A stretch of 64,000 nt of DNA from Prochlorococcus sp. AG-402-I20 (GCA_003216975.1 QCHY01000006.1:13972-77971), one strand, 5' to 3'. Positions 1-10,897 are shown, numbered from the stretch's first letter. The notes: generated from the letters alone by a model not told the origin. Translations and numbers: made by a program.

Positions 1-7
1 AGAAGCA

Positions 8-1051
8 ATGCTTCTACCTCTTGGAGATCCTTATACTCGATTATTGAAGCCAGATGATTACGAAGCGATGAAAAAAAGCAATATAGGTAGTGAAATCAAT
101 GGAGTTGGACTTCAGTTAGGAGCCAGAAAAGAAGATGGAGAAATAGTTGTAATATCAGCTCTTGAAGGTTCTCCTGCCTCAGATGCAGGTATTAAAAGTG
201 GAACAATTTTAAAAAGAGTAAATGAACAATCTCCAAAACAATTAGGTCTTGAGGCAACAGCCGCAAAATTGAGAGGAGAAACAGGAACACAAGTAATTGT
301 TAAATTACAGGAACCCAATAATGAAATAAAAGAAATTTCTTTAGAAAGAAGAAGTGTTGATTTAAGACCAGTTAGGACGAAGAGAATTAGAAATGAATCT
401 CATACTCTCGGCTACTTACGAATTACACAATTTAGCGAGGGAGTCCCTGTTCAAGTCAAGGAAGCATTAGAAGAACTTTCTGACAAAGAAATAGATGGAC
501 TAATTTTAGATTTAAGAAATAACTCTGGAGGTTTAGTGAGTTCGGGCCTAGCCGTTGCAGACGATTTCCTAAGCAATATGCCTATTGTCGAAACAAAAAA
601 ACGAGATTCCATAAATGATCCGATCAGCTCTGGGTTAGAAACTCTTTATGACGGTCCTATGGTTACGCTTGTCAATGAGGGGACGGCAAGCGCTAGTGAA
701 ATTCTTGCTGGTGCTCTTCAAGACAATAAAAGATCTGAACTTATAGGTAATAAAACTTTCGGAAAAGGTCTAATACAATCTTTAACCAATCTTAGTGATG
801 GCAGTGGTTTAGCCGTAACAGTTGCTAGCTATTTAACTCCAAGTGGAAGAGATATACAAAATCTTGGAATAGATCCTGATCGCATTTTAGAAATGCCAGA
901 ACCTCTTAATCCAGGTTCTGATGAAGACAGATGGCTTTTAGATGCAGAGCTAATTATGCAAGCTACTTTGGACAAAGAAGAAATCTCAGAAAAGCTTTCA
1001 AAAGAAAGTCAAATAAAAGAAGAACAATTACTTCGCAAAGAAATTGAATAA
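8..1051 (+). CDS. ctpA: C-terminal processing peptidase (S41A, PDZ domain); 5' end probably lies upstream of the window
   Basis: PDZ-like GVGLQLG...VISALEGSPA segment, DLRNNSGG, catalytic ASASEILAGALQD and TFGKGLIQ motifs. Confidence 0.9.
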   Translation: MLLPLGDPYTRLLKPDDYEAMKKSNIGSEINGVGLQLGARKEDGEIVVISALEGSPASDAGIKSGTILKRVNEQSPKQLGLEATAAKLRGETGTQVIVKLQEPNNEIKEISLERRSVDLRPVRTKRIRNESHTLGYLRITQFSEGVPVQVKEALEELSDKEIDGLILDLRNNSGGLVSSGLAVADDFLSNMPIVETKKRDSINDPISSGLETLYDGPMVTLVNEGTASASEILAGALQDNKRSELIGNKTFGKGLIQSLTNLSDGSGLAVTVASYLTPSGRDIQNLGIDPDRILEMPEPLNPGSDEDRWLLDAELIMQATLDKEEISEKLSKESQIKEEQLLRKEIE

Positions 1052-1054
1052 GTC

Positions 1055-2314
1055 ATGTCAACAAGAACTTATTATGATCCTCTTCATCAGTCCATTACAT
1101 TAAATAGCTCAATTCCAGAAGAAAAAATGGTGATGGAATTAATAGATTCCTCACCATTTCAAAGATTAAGAAGAATCAAACAATTAGGTCCTGCTTACTT
1201 AACTTTTCATGGAGCAGAATCAAGCAGATTCACTCATTCCATTGGTGTATTTCATCTAGCAAGAAGAGCAATAAATCATTTATCTAGCTTTGATTCAGAA
1301 TTAAAAGAACACAAATTCATTCTCTACGGCGCCTCACTTTTACATGATTTAGGTCACGGGCCACTAAGTCATACAAGTGAGGAGATTTTCAAAATTAAAC
1401 ATGAAGAATGGACAGCCAAGTTAATAAATTCAAATCAAGAGATAACAGAGATACTTAACAAATATGGAGAGGGAAATGCTAAAGCAATATCAGATTTAAT
1501 TCAATCGAGGAAAGCAGAAAAGAAAGTAATAGTTTCGTTAATTAGTAGTCAGCTGGATTGTGATCGACTTGATTACTTAATAAGAGATAGTTATACAACT
1601 GGGGCAAGATATGGTCACCTAGATATAGATCGAATAATATCAGCAATGACAATTGCTCCAGATGGAGATTTAGCAATACACCCAAAAGGTCTAATGGCAG
1701 TTGAACATTATTTAGTAATCAGGAATCTTATGTATAGAAGCGTATACAATCATCGACTAAATGAAGTTTGCAATTGGTTATTAGAGCAAATTATAAAAAC
1801 AGCAAGAAAAATTGGACCAAAAAAATTATGGGCTGATAAAAACATGTCTGAATGGTTATGGAATCATGAAAAAATGGACGTAAAAAGTTTTTTGTCTAAT
1901 GATGATATAGTAACTGGATACCATATTCATAGATGGCAAGACTCTGGTTTTCATAATCTAAAAAATCTATGTAAACGTTTTATACAAAGAAATTTATTAA
2001 AAGCATTAAATATATCTTCCTTCTGCTTGGAAATGAGACTAGAAGCTCTTGCAAAAGCAAGGCTTCTTTCTGAAAAGAATGGCATCGAGCCAGATATATC
2101 ATGCGGTCTAAGAGAGCAAGTAGTTACAAGTTATCATCCTTATAAATATGGGCTTCGTTTATGGGATGGAGACAATCTTCAGGCTCTTGAGAAAGTCTCA
2201 CCATTAGTTGAGAGATTAATAGAGCCTAATCAATCTTCATGGTTGATTTACCCAAACGAAATAGAAAGTAAGTTAAAAATAGAGATTGAAAATCTAAAAA
2301 TGAAAAATAATTAA
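1055..2314 (+). CDS. HD-superfamily metal-dependent phosphohydrolase (dNTPase-like)
   Basis: FQRLRRIKQLG, SRFTHSIGV, LLHDLGHGPLSH, LDCDRLDYL motifs. Confidence 0.9.
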   Translation: MSTRTYYDPLHQSITLNSSIPEEKMVMELIDSSPFQRLRRIKQLGPAYLTFHGAESSRFTHSIGVFHLARRAINHLSSFDSELKEHKFILYGASLLHDLGHGPLSHTSEEIFKIKHEEWTAKLINSNQEITEILNKYGEGNAKAISDLIQSRKAEKKVIVSLISSQLDCDRLDYLIRDSYTTGARYGHLDIDRIISAMTIAPDGDLAIHPKGLMAVEHYLVIRNLMYRSVYNHRLNEVCNWLLEQIIKTARKIGPKKLWADKNMSEWLWNHEKMDVKSFLSNDDIVTGYHIHRWQDSGFHNLKNLCKRFIQRNLLKALNISSFCLEMRLEALAKARLLSEKNGIEPDISCGLREQVVTSYHPYKYGLRLWDGDNLQALEKVSPLVERLIEPNQSSWLIYPNEIESKLKIEIENLKMKNN

Positions 2315-2316
2315 AA

Positions 2317-2964
2317 ATGAATTCAAAACCTCAAAAAATTATTGTAAATATCCAAGATTGTAAATATCCAAGTTGGAAAGTATGCTTAAGAAATAAATTA
2401 AAATACCTGAAATCAAGCAATCTAGAAATCGATTGTAAAAATCTCGATCTTTCATGTACAGATTTATTGGAAGTTATTGCAATTTCAAATCAATCAAATT
2501 GTACAGTAATTAGTGTTTGTTCAACATCTTTAAAGACAACAGTAAGCGCTCAATCATTAGGTTATAAATCTCAATTTATTATTGAAAATCATTTAAATGA
2601 AACTTTAAAGATAAATGAAAAAAATATAACTATTTCAAAAACCAACTTTCATCAAGGAACTGTCAGGTCAGGAGAATATCTTGAAAGCTCTGGAGATTTA
2701 TTAATCCTAGGAGATGTTAATCCAGGGGCAAAAGTTAGTGCAGAGGGAAATATTATTATTTGGGGAAGACTTCTTGGAATTGCGCATGCAGGAAGTAAAG
2801 GCGACTCTAAATCAACCATATCGGCACTTCAACTTAGACCTGTTCAACTAAGAATCGCTTCAAGAGTTGCTAGAGGACCTAAGGAAAAGCCCCAACTTGG
2901 TTTTGCAGAGCAGGCAAGAATAGATTCTGAAGAAATTATAATTTGCCCATTAGAGACAACATAG
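2317..2964 (+). CDS. minC: Septum site-determining protein MinC
   Basis: C-terminal GTVRSGEYL...ILGDVNPGAKVSAEGNIIIWGRLLGIAHAG beta-helix; first gene of minCDE. Confidence 0.92.
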   Translation: MNSKPQKIIVNIQDCKYPSWKVCLRNKLKYLKSSNLEIDCKNLDLSCTDLLEVIAISNQSNCTVISVCSTSLKTTVSAQSLGYKSQFIIENHLNETLKINEKNITISKTNFHQGTVRSGEYLESSGDLLILGDVNPGAKVSAEGNIIIWGRLLGIAHAGSKGDSKSTISALQLRPVQLRIASRVARGPKEKPQLGFAEQARIDSEEIIICPLETT

Positions 2965-3130
2965 TTCGAAAAGTTAAATTAAGTAGGGGTTTTCAAATAA
3001 AAAGCAAGAAGAAATTACTACTTAAAACCTAAGAGATGTCTTCAAAAGCAAACCCAATGCAAACGATCTGACAATAAAGCTTTTTTCTTCATCAAAATCG
3101 AACTAAAGTTTGTCGAATCCAAGGAGGTCC

Positions 3131-3946
3131 GTGGCGACAGATACGCGCGTCATTCTTATTTGCTCTGGAAAGGGCGGGGTTGGCAAGACAACCCTTACTG
3201 CAAATCTTGGCATTTCACTTGCAAGGCAGGGGTTCACCACTGCTGTTTTAGACGCAGACTTTGGTCTGAGAAATTTGGATTTATTATTAGGTCTTGAAAA
3301 TCGAATTGTGTATACGGCACAAGAAGTTCTTGAGGAGGAATGCAGACTTGATCAGGCCTTAGTGAAGCATAAGCAAGAAGCCAATCTATCTTTACTTCCT
3401 GCTGGGAATCCAAGAATGCTTGATTGGTTAAAACCGGATGATATGAGGCGCATAGTCGATATGTTAAAAGAACAGTTCAATTACGTTTTAATTGACTGTC
3501 CTGCAGGAGTTGAAGATGGATTTAAAAATGCTATGGCTGCCTCTCAAGAAGCGATAGTAGTTACCAACCCTGAGGTATCAGCAGTTAGAGATGCAGACAG
3601 AGTAATTGGGCTGCTTAATACAAATGCTATTAAACCAGTCCAGTTAGTTCTTAATAGAGTTAGGCCAAAGATGATGGCCAACCAAGAAATGCTGTCCATC
3701 GATGATGTGACTGATATTTTAGCCCTACCTTTACTTGGCCTAGTGCTAGAGGATGAGCAAGTAATTGTCAGTACAAACCGAGGGGAGCCTCTAACTTTAA
3801 ATAGTCTTAATTCCCCAGCAGCTAAATGTTATCTAAATATTGCCAAGAGATTACAAGGAGAAGATATTCCGCTTATTGATCCGTTAGAGGAAAGTTCGGG
3901 ATTTGGAGCGAAGTTTAGAAGACTTATGCAAACAAAAATTTTCTAA
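3131..3946 (+). CDS. minD: Septum site-determining ATPase MinD
   Basis: [10 protein letters not shown] deviant Walker [16 protein letters not shown]; GTG at 3131 follows AAGGAGG at 3121-3127, so preferred over the TTG at 3110. Confidence 0.96.
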   Translation: MATDTRVILICSGKGGVGKTTLTANLGISLARQGFTTAVLDADFGLRNLDLLLGLENRIVYTAQEVLEEECRLDQALVKHKQEANLSLLPAGNPRMLDWLKPDDMRRIVDMLKEQFNYVLIDCPAGVEDGFKNAMAASQEAIVVTNPEVSAVRDADRVIGLLNTNAIKPVQLVLNRVRPKMMANQEMLSIDDVTDILALPLLGLVLEDEQVIVSTNRGEPLTLNSLNSPAAKCYLNIAKRLQGEDIPLIDPLEESSGFGAKFRRLMQTKIF

Positions 3947-3950
3947 AGAA

Positions 3951-4298
3951 ATGGCAATGACACTTAGAGACATTATCAACAAGTTACTACGTAGACAGCG
4001 AGCTAGTGCTAGCACTGCGAGAGAGAGGTTGCAACTTGTTTTAGCTCATGATCGATCAGATCTCAGCACAGAACTTTTAGATCAAATGAGAAAAGAAATA
4101 CTTGAGGTGGTAGCAAAGTATGTAGAGATAGATGTGGATGAAGGTGCAGTAAGTCTTGAGACAGAAGATCGCATGACTGCATTAGTTGCAAACCTACCAA
4201 TAAAAAGAACTATGTCTGGTCAAATCAAACTTAAAGAGCCTATTAATAAGTCAGAAGAAAATCCTCAAGAAACTGAAGACAAAGAACAAAATTCATAA
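3951..4298 (+). CDS. minE: Cell division topological specificity factor MinE
   Basis: [17 protein letters not shown] and [16 protein letters not shown] motifs; ATG at 3951 just after the minD stop. Confidence 0.95.
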   Translation: MAMTLRDIINKLLRRQRASASTARERLQLVLAHDRSDLSTELLDQMRKEILEVVAKYVEIDVDEGAVSLETEDRMTALVANLPIKRTMSGQIKLKEPINKSEENPQETEDKEQNS

Positions 4299-4421
4299 TC
4301 AATTAAAAGATGGTATTGATTTGTTTTGTTTGAGAACAAAAAGATATTTAAAAAGTATTTTCAACAAATTTTCTATATAGATTAACTTTTAGTTTACTTT
4401 CTTAGGTAAGATAAAATCATT

Positions 4422-4493
4422 GCCGGCTTAGCTCAGCGGTAGAGCAGCGCTTTTGTAAAGCGAAGGTCATCAGTTCAAATCTGTTAGCCGGCA
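4422..4493 (+). tRNA. tRNA-Thr(UGU)
   Basis: GCCGGCT/AGCCGGC acceptor stem, TAGCTCAGCGGTAGAGC D arm, anticodon loop TTTGTAA, GTTCAAATC T loop; CCA not encoded. Confidence 0.95.
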
Positions 4494-4685
4494 TCTTAAA
4501 AACCAGGACTAAAAAATCTATCTGGATTTACCAGAGATAATCCAAATTGAAAAAGCAATAACTAAGAATTTGAGAAATTTTAATTGATAAATCCAATCAA
4601 AACCCATTGTGGGAAATCGAAAAACCCACCAAAAAAGAGATTGCAAAAATAAAACACTTAGAAAAAGATAAATCATTCTTTTCTT

Positions 4686-5261
4686 TTAATTCAAAACAAC
4701 TGAACCAGCTCTTAACAAATTCCATTCCCCTTTATTCCATTCAACAACTGTGCTTGCGAGACCAGAGGCCTTTGGCCAAGGAACAGGTCCAAGTATTGGG
4801 ATCCCAGGGAATTTCATCGAAGCTTCTAACGCATCTTTAACAGGTGTCTCTCCAGAAATATTTGCACTTGTAGTTGCAAGAGGGCCAGTTTTGATAAGCA
4901 AATCCCTTGCAAGTCTTAGTGCGGGGACTCTGAAACCTAGAGAATTAGAATGGCAATTCAGATTCTTAGAAAAATTTCCTATTGTTGGCAAAACAATTGT
5001 TAATGCTCCAGGCCAATATTTTCTTGCCAATTTCAAGCCGTCTTCCTTAGCACAGGGATGAACATACTCAAATAAATCATCCAAGCATCCTCCCATTAAT
5101 ATAAGTGGCTTAGTTGAAGGCCTTTTTTTTATAGTCCATATTTTTTTTGAGTATTTAGGGTATGAACAAATTGCTGGCAAAGTATCAGTAGGGAATAAAG
5201 CTAAAGTTCCCTTTTTCAATTTTTTCGCCAAGTCAGATATTCCAAATTGCTGGGTGATCAT
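4686..5261 (-). CDS. tsaC: Threonylcarbamoyl-AMP synthase (Sua5/YrdC family)
   Basis: FPTDT, KKRP..KPL, YWPGALT, PLATTSANISG motifs; ATG at 5261 right after the prmC stop is the likely start. Confidence 0.9.
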   Translation of the reverse strand: MITQQFGISDLAKKLKKGTLALFPTDTLPAICSYPKYSKKIWTIKKRPSTKPLILMGGCLDDLFEYVHPCAKEDGLKLARKYWPGALTIVLPTIGNFSKNLNCHSNSLGFRVPALRLARDLLIKTGPLATTSANISGETPVKDALEASMKFPGIPILGPVPWPKASGLASTVVEWNKGEWNLLRAGSVVLN

Positions 5262-5262
5262 T

Positions 5263-6135
5263 TCATTTTTTACGACAAATTGCATAACGCCTAATTCCAC
5301 TTATATCTTTTTCAAAAGAAACTTCTTCCATTCCAATATTCTTCATAACAGAAGTTATCTTTTCACTTTGATCATAATGATGTTCAAGAATTAACCAACC
5401 TCCTTTAGCAAGTCCATTTAATGCCCCAAAAATGATTTTTCGAGAAGAATTCATTCCATCCTCTCCGCCATCCAAAGCCAGACGAGGCTCATGATTTTTA
5501 ACTACTGGGTCTAAATCTTCAATTAAATTAGAGGGGATATAAGGAGGATTACTTAAAACCAGATTAAAGCTTCCCCACCATCTGCTTAAAGGTTCCCACC
5601 AATCTCCCAAAGAAAACCTCACATTCGCATTAGGAACAATAGATTTTAAATTTCTTTTTGCTAGGTCTAATGCTTCATTACTAATATCAGATGCATGCCC
5701 ATTCCAACTAGGAAGAGATTTAGCTAAAGATACTGCTATAGGTCCCGATCCCGTACCCAAATCAGCCCATCTTCCACAATCAATATTAGACACTTTTTTC
5801 AAAGCAATATCAATCAAAAACTCTGTTTCTTGCCTAGGTATAAGAGCATCTGCTGAAGCCTCTAACTCAATATCTCTCCAAGGACATTTAGAAATCAAAT
5901 ATTGAAGTGGGATTTTATCTTTTAAATGAGATCCCCAAATAACTTCTAATTCATCAATTGAGATTTCTAAGGAAATAAAATTCTCAGGATTCAAAATAAT
6001 ACTTTGCAATTTAGACCAAGAGACTCCAGCAGCCATTTCTAAAAGCCAATCAAAATCAACTTTCCTACCGCCTTTCAATATCATTATCTTTCTCCATTGC
6101 AGAAAAGCCTCGCCAGTAATGGATTTAAAAATCAT
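5263..6135 (-). CDS. prmC: Release-factor glutamine methyltransferase
   Basis: PLQY, ALIPRQETE, DLGTGSG, SNPPY, LDGGEDG motifs. Confidence 0.94.
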   Translation of the reverse strand: MIFKSITGEAFLQWRKIMILKGGRKVDFDWLLEMAAGVSWSKLQSIILNPENFISLEISIDELEVIWGSHLKDKIPLQYLISKCPWRDIELEASADALIPRQETEFLIDIALKKVSNIDCGRWADLGTGSGPIAVSLAKSLPSWNGHASDISNEALDLAKRNLKSIVPNANVRFSLGDWWEPLSRWWGSFNLVLSNPPYIPSNLIEDLDPVVKNHEPRLALDGGEDGMNSSRKIIFGALNGLAKGGWLILEHHYDQSEKITSVMKNIGMEEVSFEKDISGIRRYAICRKK

Positions 6136-6150
6136 AAATTATTCAATTCT

Positions 6151-6591
6151 TTAAATTTTTGGGCCTTCTTCTAGCATTAATAATATATTTTTAATTTGTA
6201 CTGGTAAGTCTTTTACTAACTTTATTGAGTCATTTATTTTTTTTACAACAACAAGTTCAATTTTTGCTTCTGCACCAATATCACCATTGGATTTCACAAA
6301 TAAAGAGTTACAAATAAGTCTTATTTTATTTTCCATCTTAAATTGACTCATTAAAAGAACCTTTTCACCATGAATAAAAGATCTTTTATATTTAAGTTGA
6401 ATTGAAATCACTGGGATTTCAAAACCATTTCTAGATAATTTTGAATATGAAAGTCCAACTTTATCCAAAGCATCAATTCTCCCCTCTTCTAAAAAGTTTA
6501 AATAAGAACCATGCCACATAACACCAGCATGATCAGTGTGTTGCGGGAGAACCGTTTTTATTAATTTCCAATGATTATTTATTGAGCTCAT
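6151..6591 (-). CDS. Acyl-CoA thioesterase (YbgC/4HBT hotdog family)
   Basis: QHTDHAGVMWHGSYLNFLEEGR motif. Confidence 0.85.
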   Translation of the reverse strand: MSSINNHWKLIKTVLPQHTDHAGVMWHGSYLNFLEEGRIDALDKVGLSYSKLSRNGFEIPVISIQLKYKRSFIHGEKVLLMSQFKMENKIRLICNSLFVKSNGDIGAEAKIELVVVKKINDSIKLVKDLPVQIKNILLMLEEGPKI

Positions 6592-6716
6592 CAGAAAGCA
6601 AAGCCAAATATCTTAGTTCTTTAATTGAATAAATAAAGTTTTGAAGTAATACCCTTACCAGATACAACCTCATTATTAACTGAGATCTCAAGTATCTCTT
6701 GAGATCTTTGATTAGA

Positions 6717-6743
6717 AAAAGTCCTAAATTACTTTTTAGGACT
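6717..6743 (-). terminator. Probable intrinsic terminator of psbM
   Basis: AGTCCTAAA...TTTAGGACT inverted repeat overlapping the psbM stop; A-run on + gives a U-tract on -. Confidence 0.55.
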
Positions 6744-6881
6744 CAATCTACCCTTACTGGAATCTGAATAAAAGCTTGATTTCTCACCCTCACTGGTAGA
6801 AACGAATAAACCGATAAGAAAGATCGTTGGTACTCCAACAAATAATAGACTTGCGGCAAAGCCAAAACTAGTGGTTTCCAT
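6729..6881 (-). CDS. psbM: Photosystem II protein M (not in ORF track)
   Basis: Manual translation METTSFGFAASLLFVGVPTIFLIGLFVSTSEGEKSSFYSDSSKGRLSPKK (50 aa). Confidence 0.93.
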   Translation of the reverse strand: METTSFGFAASLLFVGVPTIFLIGLFVSTSEGEKSSFYSDSSKGRLSPKK

Positions 6882-7362
6882 AACCGAGGTTTTTACTCAG
6901 AACAAATTTTACTGAAACAAACTATATATCCCTTCAGCAGAAAAACAGTGATTTGAATCAAAGAGTCTGAGATTTTGTAATTTGCCGAAAAATAATCATT
7001 TGAATTCCCCTTTTTTAATTATTCGAAATTTTGATGATTTTGAAAAAATTTTTAAATAGATAGATTTAAGGTGAATTTAATCCCTGATTTTTCGTTTTTT
7101 TTTCTACTTGGATCAAAAAACAACTTAAAAATTACAAAATCGATTGAAAGTTGAAAAATTCTTTTTTTTCTTTTTTTTTTGATTTTTTCTTGTCCACCAC
7201 TGCTTATTTTAGAATTCAAGCCTTCCAAAACAAGCTAAATTTCATCCAAGAGTGTCAAAAGTCATTTCAGGTATCTCCATCCTGTGCATTAACTCAAGCA
7301 ATACCATTTACGATCATGCGAGTCTTGCTGCATTAAGCAGCTTCGTTATACGAACCTGACCC

Positions 7363-8886
7363 ATGGGATTGCCCTGGTATCGGGTGCACACAGTCGTTAT
7401 TAACGACCCTGGCCGCCTCTTGGCCGTGCACCTCATGCATACTGCTTTGTTAGCCGGCTGGGCCGGCTCTATGGCCTTATATGAATTGGCCATTTTTGAT
7501 CCTTCGGATCCAGTACTAAATCCAATGTGGCGCCAAGGCATGTATGTCATGCCCTTCATGGCACGCCTTGGAATCACAGGTAGCTGGAACGGATGGGATA
7601 TCACCGGTGCAACCGGAGTTGACCCCGGTTTCTGGAGCTTCGAAGGTGTTGCCGCAGCTCATATAGTTTTCAGTGGTCTCTTGATGCTCGCCGCCGTATG
7701 GCACTGGACATACTGGGACCTTGAATTGTGGGAGGATTCCCGCACTGGAGAACCAGCTTTAGATCTTCCAAGAATCTTTGGGATACATCTTTTCTTAGCT
7801 GGCTTGACATGCTTTGGGTTTGGCGCATTTCATTGCTCAACCGTTGGCATATGGGTTTCTGACCCATATGGATTAACTGGTCATGTAGAAAAAGTTGCTC
7901 CAGTTTGGGGTGCAGAAGGATTTAATCCATTCAATGCTGGAGGAATTGTCGCTAATCACATTGGGGCAGGACTTTTAGGAATAATTGGTGGAATATTCCA
8001 TATCACCAATAGACCTGGAGAAAGGCTTTATAGAGCTTTAAAGCTTGGCAGCCTGGAAGGCGTCCTTGCTAGTGCTCTTGCTGCTGTTCTTTTTGTATCT
8101 TTCGTAGTCGCTGGAACCATGTGGTATGGATCAGCAACAACACCAGTTGAGTTATTTGGTCCTACTAGATATCAATGGGATTCTGGGTATTTCAAAACTG
8201 AAATCAACCGCAGAGTTCAAGAATCTATGAATGAAGGTGCTTCAAAAGCTGAAGCATATGGATCTATCCCTGAACAACTTGCTTTCTATGACTATGTTGG
8301 AAATAGTCCTGCTAAAGGAGGTCTCTTCAGAGTAGGAGCAATGGTTAATGGAGATGGAGTTCCAAGTGGATGGCAAGGTCACATTTCATTTACTGATAGC
8401 GATGGCAATGACTTAGAAGTAAGAAGAATTCCAAATTTCTTTGAAAACTTCCCTGTCATTCTTGAAGACAAGGATGGGAACGTTAAAGCTGACATTCCTT
8501 TCCGTCGCGCCGAAGCTAAGTACTCCATAGAACAAACTGGAGTCACAGCTACCGTTTATGGTGGCGAATTAAATGGACAAACATTTACTGATCCAGTAAT
8601 AGTCAAACGTCTAGCTAGAAAGTCTCAACTTGGAGAAGCCTTCAAGTTTGACAGAGATCGCTACAAGTCAGATGGTGTATTCAGAAGCTCTCCAAGAGCA
8701 TGGTTCACCTATGCACACTTGTGCTTTGGCTTGTTATTCCTTTTCGGGCACTGGTGGCACGCCGCAAGAACTCTCTTTGGCGACAGATTCTCAGGTATCG
8801 ATCCAGAGCTTGGGGATCAGGTTGAGTTTGGTCTCTTCAAAAAACTTGGAGACGAATCAACCCGCCGAGTTCCTGGTCGAGCCTAA
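7363..8886 (+). CDS. psbB: Photosystem II CP47 chlorophyll apoprotein
   Basis: [30 protein letters not shown]-terminus, 507 aa. Confidence 0.99.
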   Translation: MGLPWYRVHTVVINDPGRLLAVHLMHTALLAGWAGSMALYELAIFDPSDPVLNPMWRQGMYVMPFMARLGITGSWNGWDITGATGVDPGFWSFEGVAAAHIVFSGLLMLAAVWHWTYWDLELWEDSRTGEPALDLPRIFGIHLFLAGLTCFGFGAFHCSTVGIWVSDPYGLTGHVEKVAPVWGAEGFNPFNAGGIVANHIGAGLLGIIGGIFHITNRPGERLYRALKLGSLEGVLASALAAVLFVSFVVAGTMWYGSATTPVELFGPTRYQWDSGYFKTEINRRVQESMNEGASKAEAYGSIPEQLAFYDYVGNSPAKGGLFRVGAMVNGDGVPSGWQGHISFTDSDGNDLEVRRIPNFFENFPVILEDKDGNVKADIPFRRAEAKYSIEQTGVTATVYGGELNGQTFTDPVIVKRLARKSQLGEAFKFDRDRYKSDGVFRSSPRAWFTYAHLCFGLLFLFGHWWHAARTLFGDRFSGIDPELGDQVEFGLFKKLGDESTRRVPGRA

Positions 8887-8922
8887 ATCAGGATTCTTTA
8901 CCCCCTTATTCCGAGAACTTAG

Positions 8923-9018
8923 ATGGAAGCTTTCTCTTACGTGCTAATCCTTACTTTGGCACTTGTAACGCTCTTCTTTGCTGTCGCATTTCGCGATCCT
9001 CCTAAATACGACAAGTAA
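8923..9018 (+). CDS. psbT: Photosystem II protein T (not in ORF track)
   Basis: Manual translation [31 protein letters not shown], directly after psbB. Confidence 0.96.
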
Positions 9019-9070
9019 AAGACATAAAAAAGCCCTGAAATTTCAGGGCTTTTTTTATGTCTTTTACTTG
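9012..9070 (+). terminator. psbBT intrinsic terminator within an extended palindrome
   Basis: AGCCCTGA-AATT-TCAGGGCT stem followed by a T-run; arms extend to 29/30 nt. Confidence 0.85.
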
Positions 9071-9204
9071 ATTGAAAAAACTTTATTAATTTAGTCTTCG
9101 AAAAAAATATAATTTTTTTGAGTAAAAAGTATTTTTATTTAATCTACCCCTTCTCAGAAGCCAAATAAATGTTTAAAGTTAGATAAATCATTGAAAAGGG
9201 CTGC

Positions 9205-9684
9205 ATGCAGTGCCCATCTTGTCAAAACACAGACAGTCGAGTTCTTGAATCTCGTTCCGCAGATTCAGGAAGAAGCGTAAGAAGGAGAAGGGAGTGCTTA
9301 AATTGCGACTTCCGATTTACTACTTATGAAAGAGTTGAAACGACACCAATTATTGTTTTAAAAAGAAGCGGAGCAAAAGAGTTATTTAATCGAAGTAAAA
9401 TAATTAATGGTTTAAACAGAGCATGTGAAAAAACACTTATAAATGGATCAAAAATTGAATTTATTGTTGATGAAATAGAGATAGAGCTCCATCAAGGAAT
9501 TCGCAAAGAAGTCAAAACAAATGAAATTGGAGAAATGGTTCTTACACATTTAAAAGATATTAATGAAGTTGCATATATAAGATTTGCCTCTGTTTATAGA
9601 CAATTTGATGGAATTAATGATTTCATGAAAACTCTTGAATCCCTTCATCCAATAAAAAAAGAACAATTTGCATCTGTTGTTTAA
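9205..9684 (+). CDS. nrdR: Transcriptional repressor NrdR
   Basis: MQCPSC...SRVLESR...RRRRECLNC zinc ribbon, ATP cone, [11 protein letters not shown]. Confidence 0.96.
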   Translation: MQCPSCQNTDSRVLESRSADSGRSVRRRRECLNCDFRFTTYERVETTPIIVLKRSGAKELFNRSKIINGLNRACEKTLINGSKIEFIVDEIEIELHQGIRKEVKTNEIGEMVLTHLKDINEVAYIRFASVYRQFDGINDFMKTLESLHPIKKEQFASVV

Positions 9685-9787
9685 CTAGAAAGACCGATCA
9701 GTAAAGTAGAATTTAAATTCAATATGGTCGGCGGGCTATATTGAGTTTCTATCGCACTGTCCTCATAAGGCAGACCGCCATTCAAGC

Positions 9788-10897
9788 ATGTCTGAAAATC
9801 CAGCAAGCAAAGTTCAAGAAGAGAATCCTGAAAAAGAAACATCAATATCTGAAGAAACCATGTCAAATTCCCAAAGTGCAGAGTTTGAAAACAATCCCAT
9901 TGACGAATTAAAAGAAGAAGGAATTCCCAAAAACATTCCTGCTGCTGATAACTCTACAAGCAGAATTAATAAGGGTGATCTTGAAAGTGCAGGATTCACT
10001 CTTGATGAATTTGCATCTTTACTAAGCAAATATGACTACAATTTTAAACCTGGCGATATAGTCAATGGAACTGTTTTTGCTCTTGAATCCAAAGGAGCAA
10101 TGATTGACATTGGTGCCAAAACAGCTGCTTTTATGCCAATGCAGGAAGTATCAATAAATAGAGTCGAAGGTCTGAGTGATGTTTTACAGCCTTCAGAAAT
10201 TAGAGAATTTTTTATAATGACCGAAGAGAATGAGGATGGCCAATTATCCTTATCAATTAGAAGAATTGAATACCAACGAGCTTGGGAAAGAGTTAGACAA
10301 TTACAAAAAGAAGATGCAACAATTTATTCAGAGGTTTTTGCAACTAACAGAGGTGGTGCACTTGTTAGAGTTGAAGGGCTGAGAGGTTTTATCCCTGGAT
10401 CCCATATAAGCACTAGAAAGGCCAAAGAAGAACTAGTTGCTGATTTCCTCCCTTTAAAATTCTTAGAAGTTGATGAGGAAAGGAATAGGCTCGTTCTTAG
10501 TCATCGCAGGGCTTTGGTTGAAAGGAAAATGAATCGTCTTGAAGTTGGGGAAGTTGTTGTAGGAGCTGTAAGAGGAATTAAACCTTATGGAGCATTTATT
10601 GATATTGGTGGTGTAAGTGGACTGCTTCACATTTCCGAAATAAGTCATGAGCATATTGAAACTCCTCACTCTGTTTTAAACGTCAATGACCAAATGAAGG
10701 TCATGATAATAGACCTAGATGCTGAAAGAGGACGAATTTCACTTTCTACAAAAGCACTTGAACCAGAACCTGGAGATATGCTGACTGACCCTCAAAAAGT
10801 TTTTGATAAAGCTGAAGAAATGGCAGCAAGGTATAAACAAATGCTTCTTGAACAAGCCGAAGAGGGAGAGGATCCTATTGCAGTAATGACTATTTGA
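9788..10897 (+). CDS. rpsA: 30S ribosomal protein S1 (cyanobacterial short form)
   Basis: Three S1 domains (GDIVNGTV, VEGLRGFIPGSH, GAFIDIGGVSGLLHISEIS). Confidence 0.95.
   Translation: MSENPASKVQEENPEKETSISEETMSNSQSAEFENNPIDELKEEGIPKNIPAADNSTSRINKGDLESAGFTLDEFASLLSKYDYNFKPGDIVNGTVFALESKGAMIDIGAKTAAFMPMQEVSINRVEGLSDVLQPSEIREFFIMTEENEDGQLSLSIRRIEYQRAWERVRQLQKEDATIYSEVFATNRGGALVRVEGLRGFIPGSHISTRKAKEELVADFLPLKFLEVDEERNRLVLSHRRALVERKMNRLEVGEVVVGAVRGIKPYGAFIDIGGVSGLLHISEISHEHIETPHSVLNVNDQMKVMIIDLDAERGRISLSTKALEPEPGDMLTDPQKVFDKAEEMAARYKQMLLEQAEEGEDPIAVMTI

Noticed and set aside
4422-4690. tRNA-Thr and tRNA-CAU as island integration sites
   Set aside because: No duplicated 3' fragments seen and flanking genes are core genes.
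4607-5061. Plus-strand ORFs 4607-4840 and 4750-5061
   Set aside because: Antisense shadows of tsaC.
7151-7336. 61-aa ORF upstream of psbB
   Set aside because: TTG start, Phe-rich only because of the poly-T tract; lies in the probable promoter/leader.
8630-8947. 105-aa ORF overlapping the psbB end
   Set aside because: Alternative frame of psbB/psbT; psbT accounts for the region.
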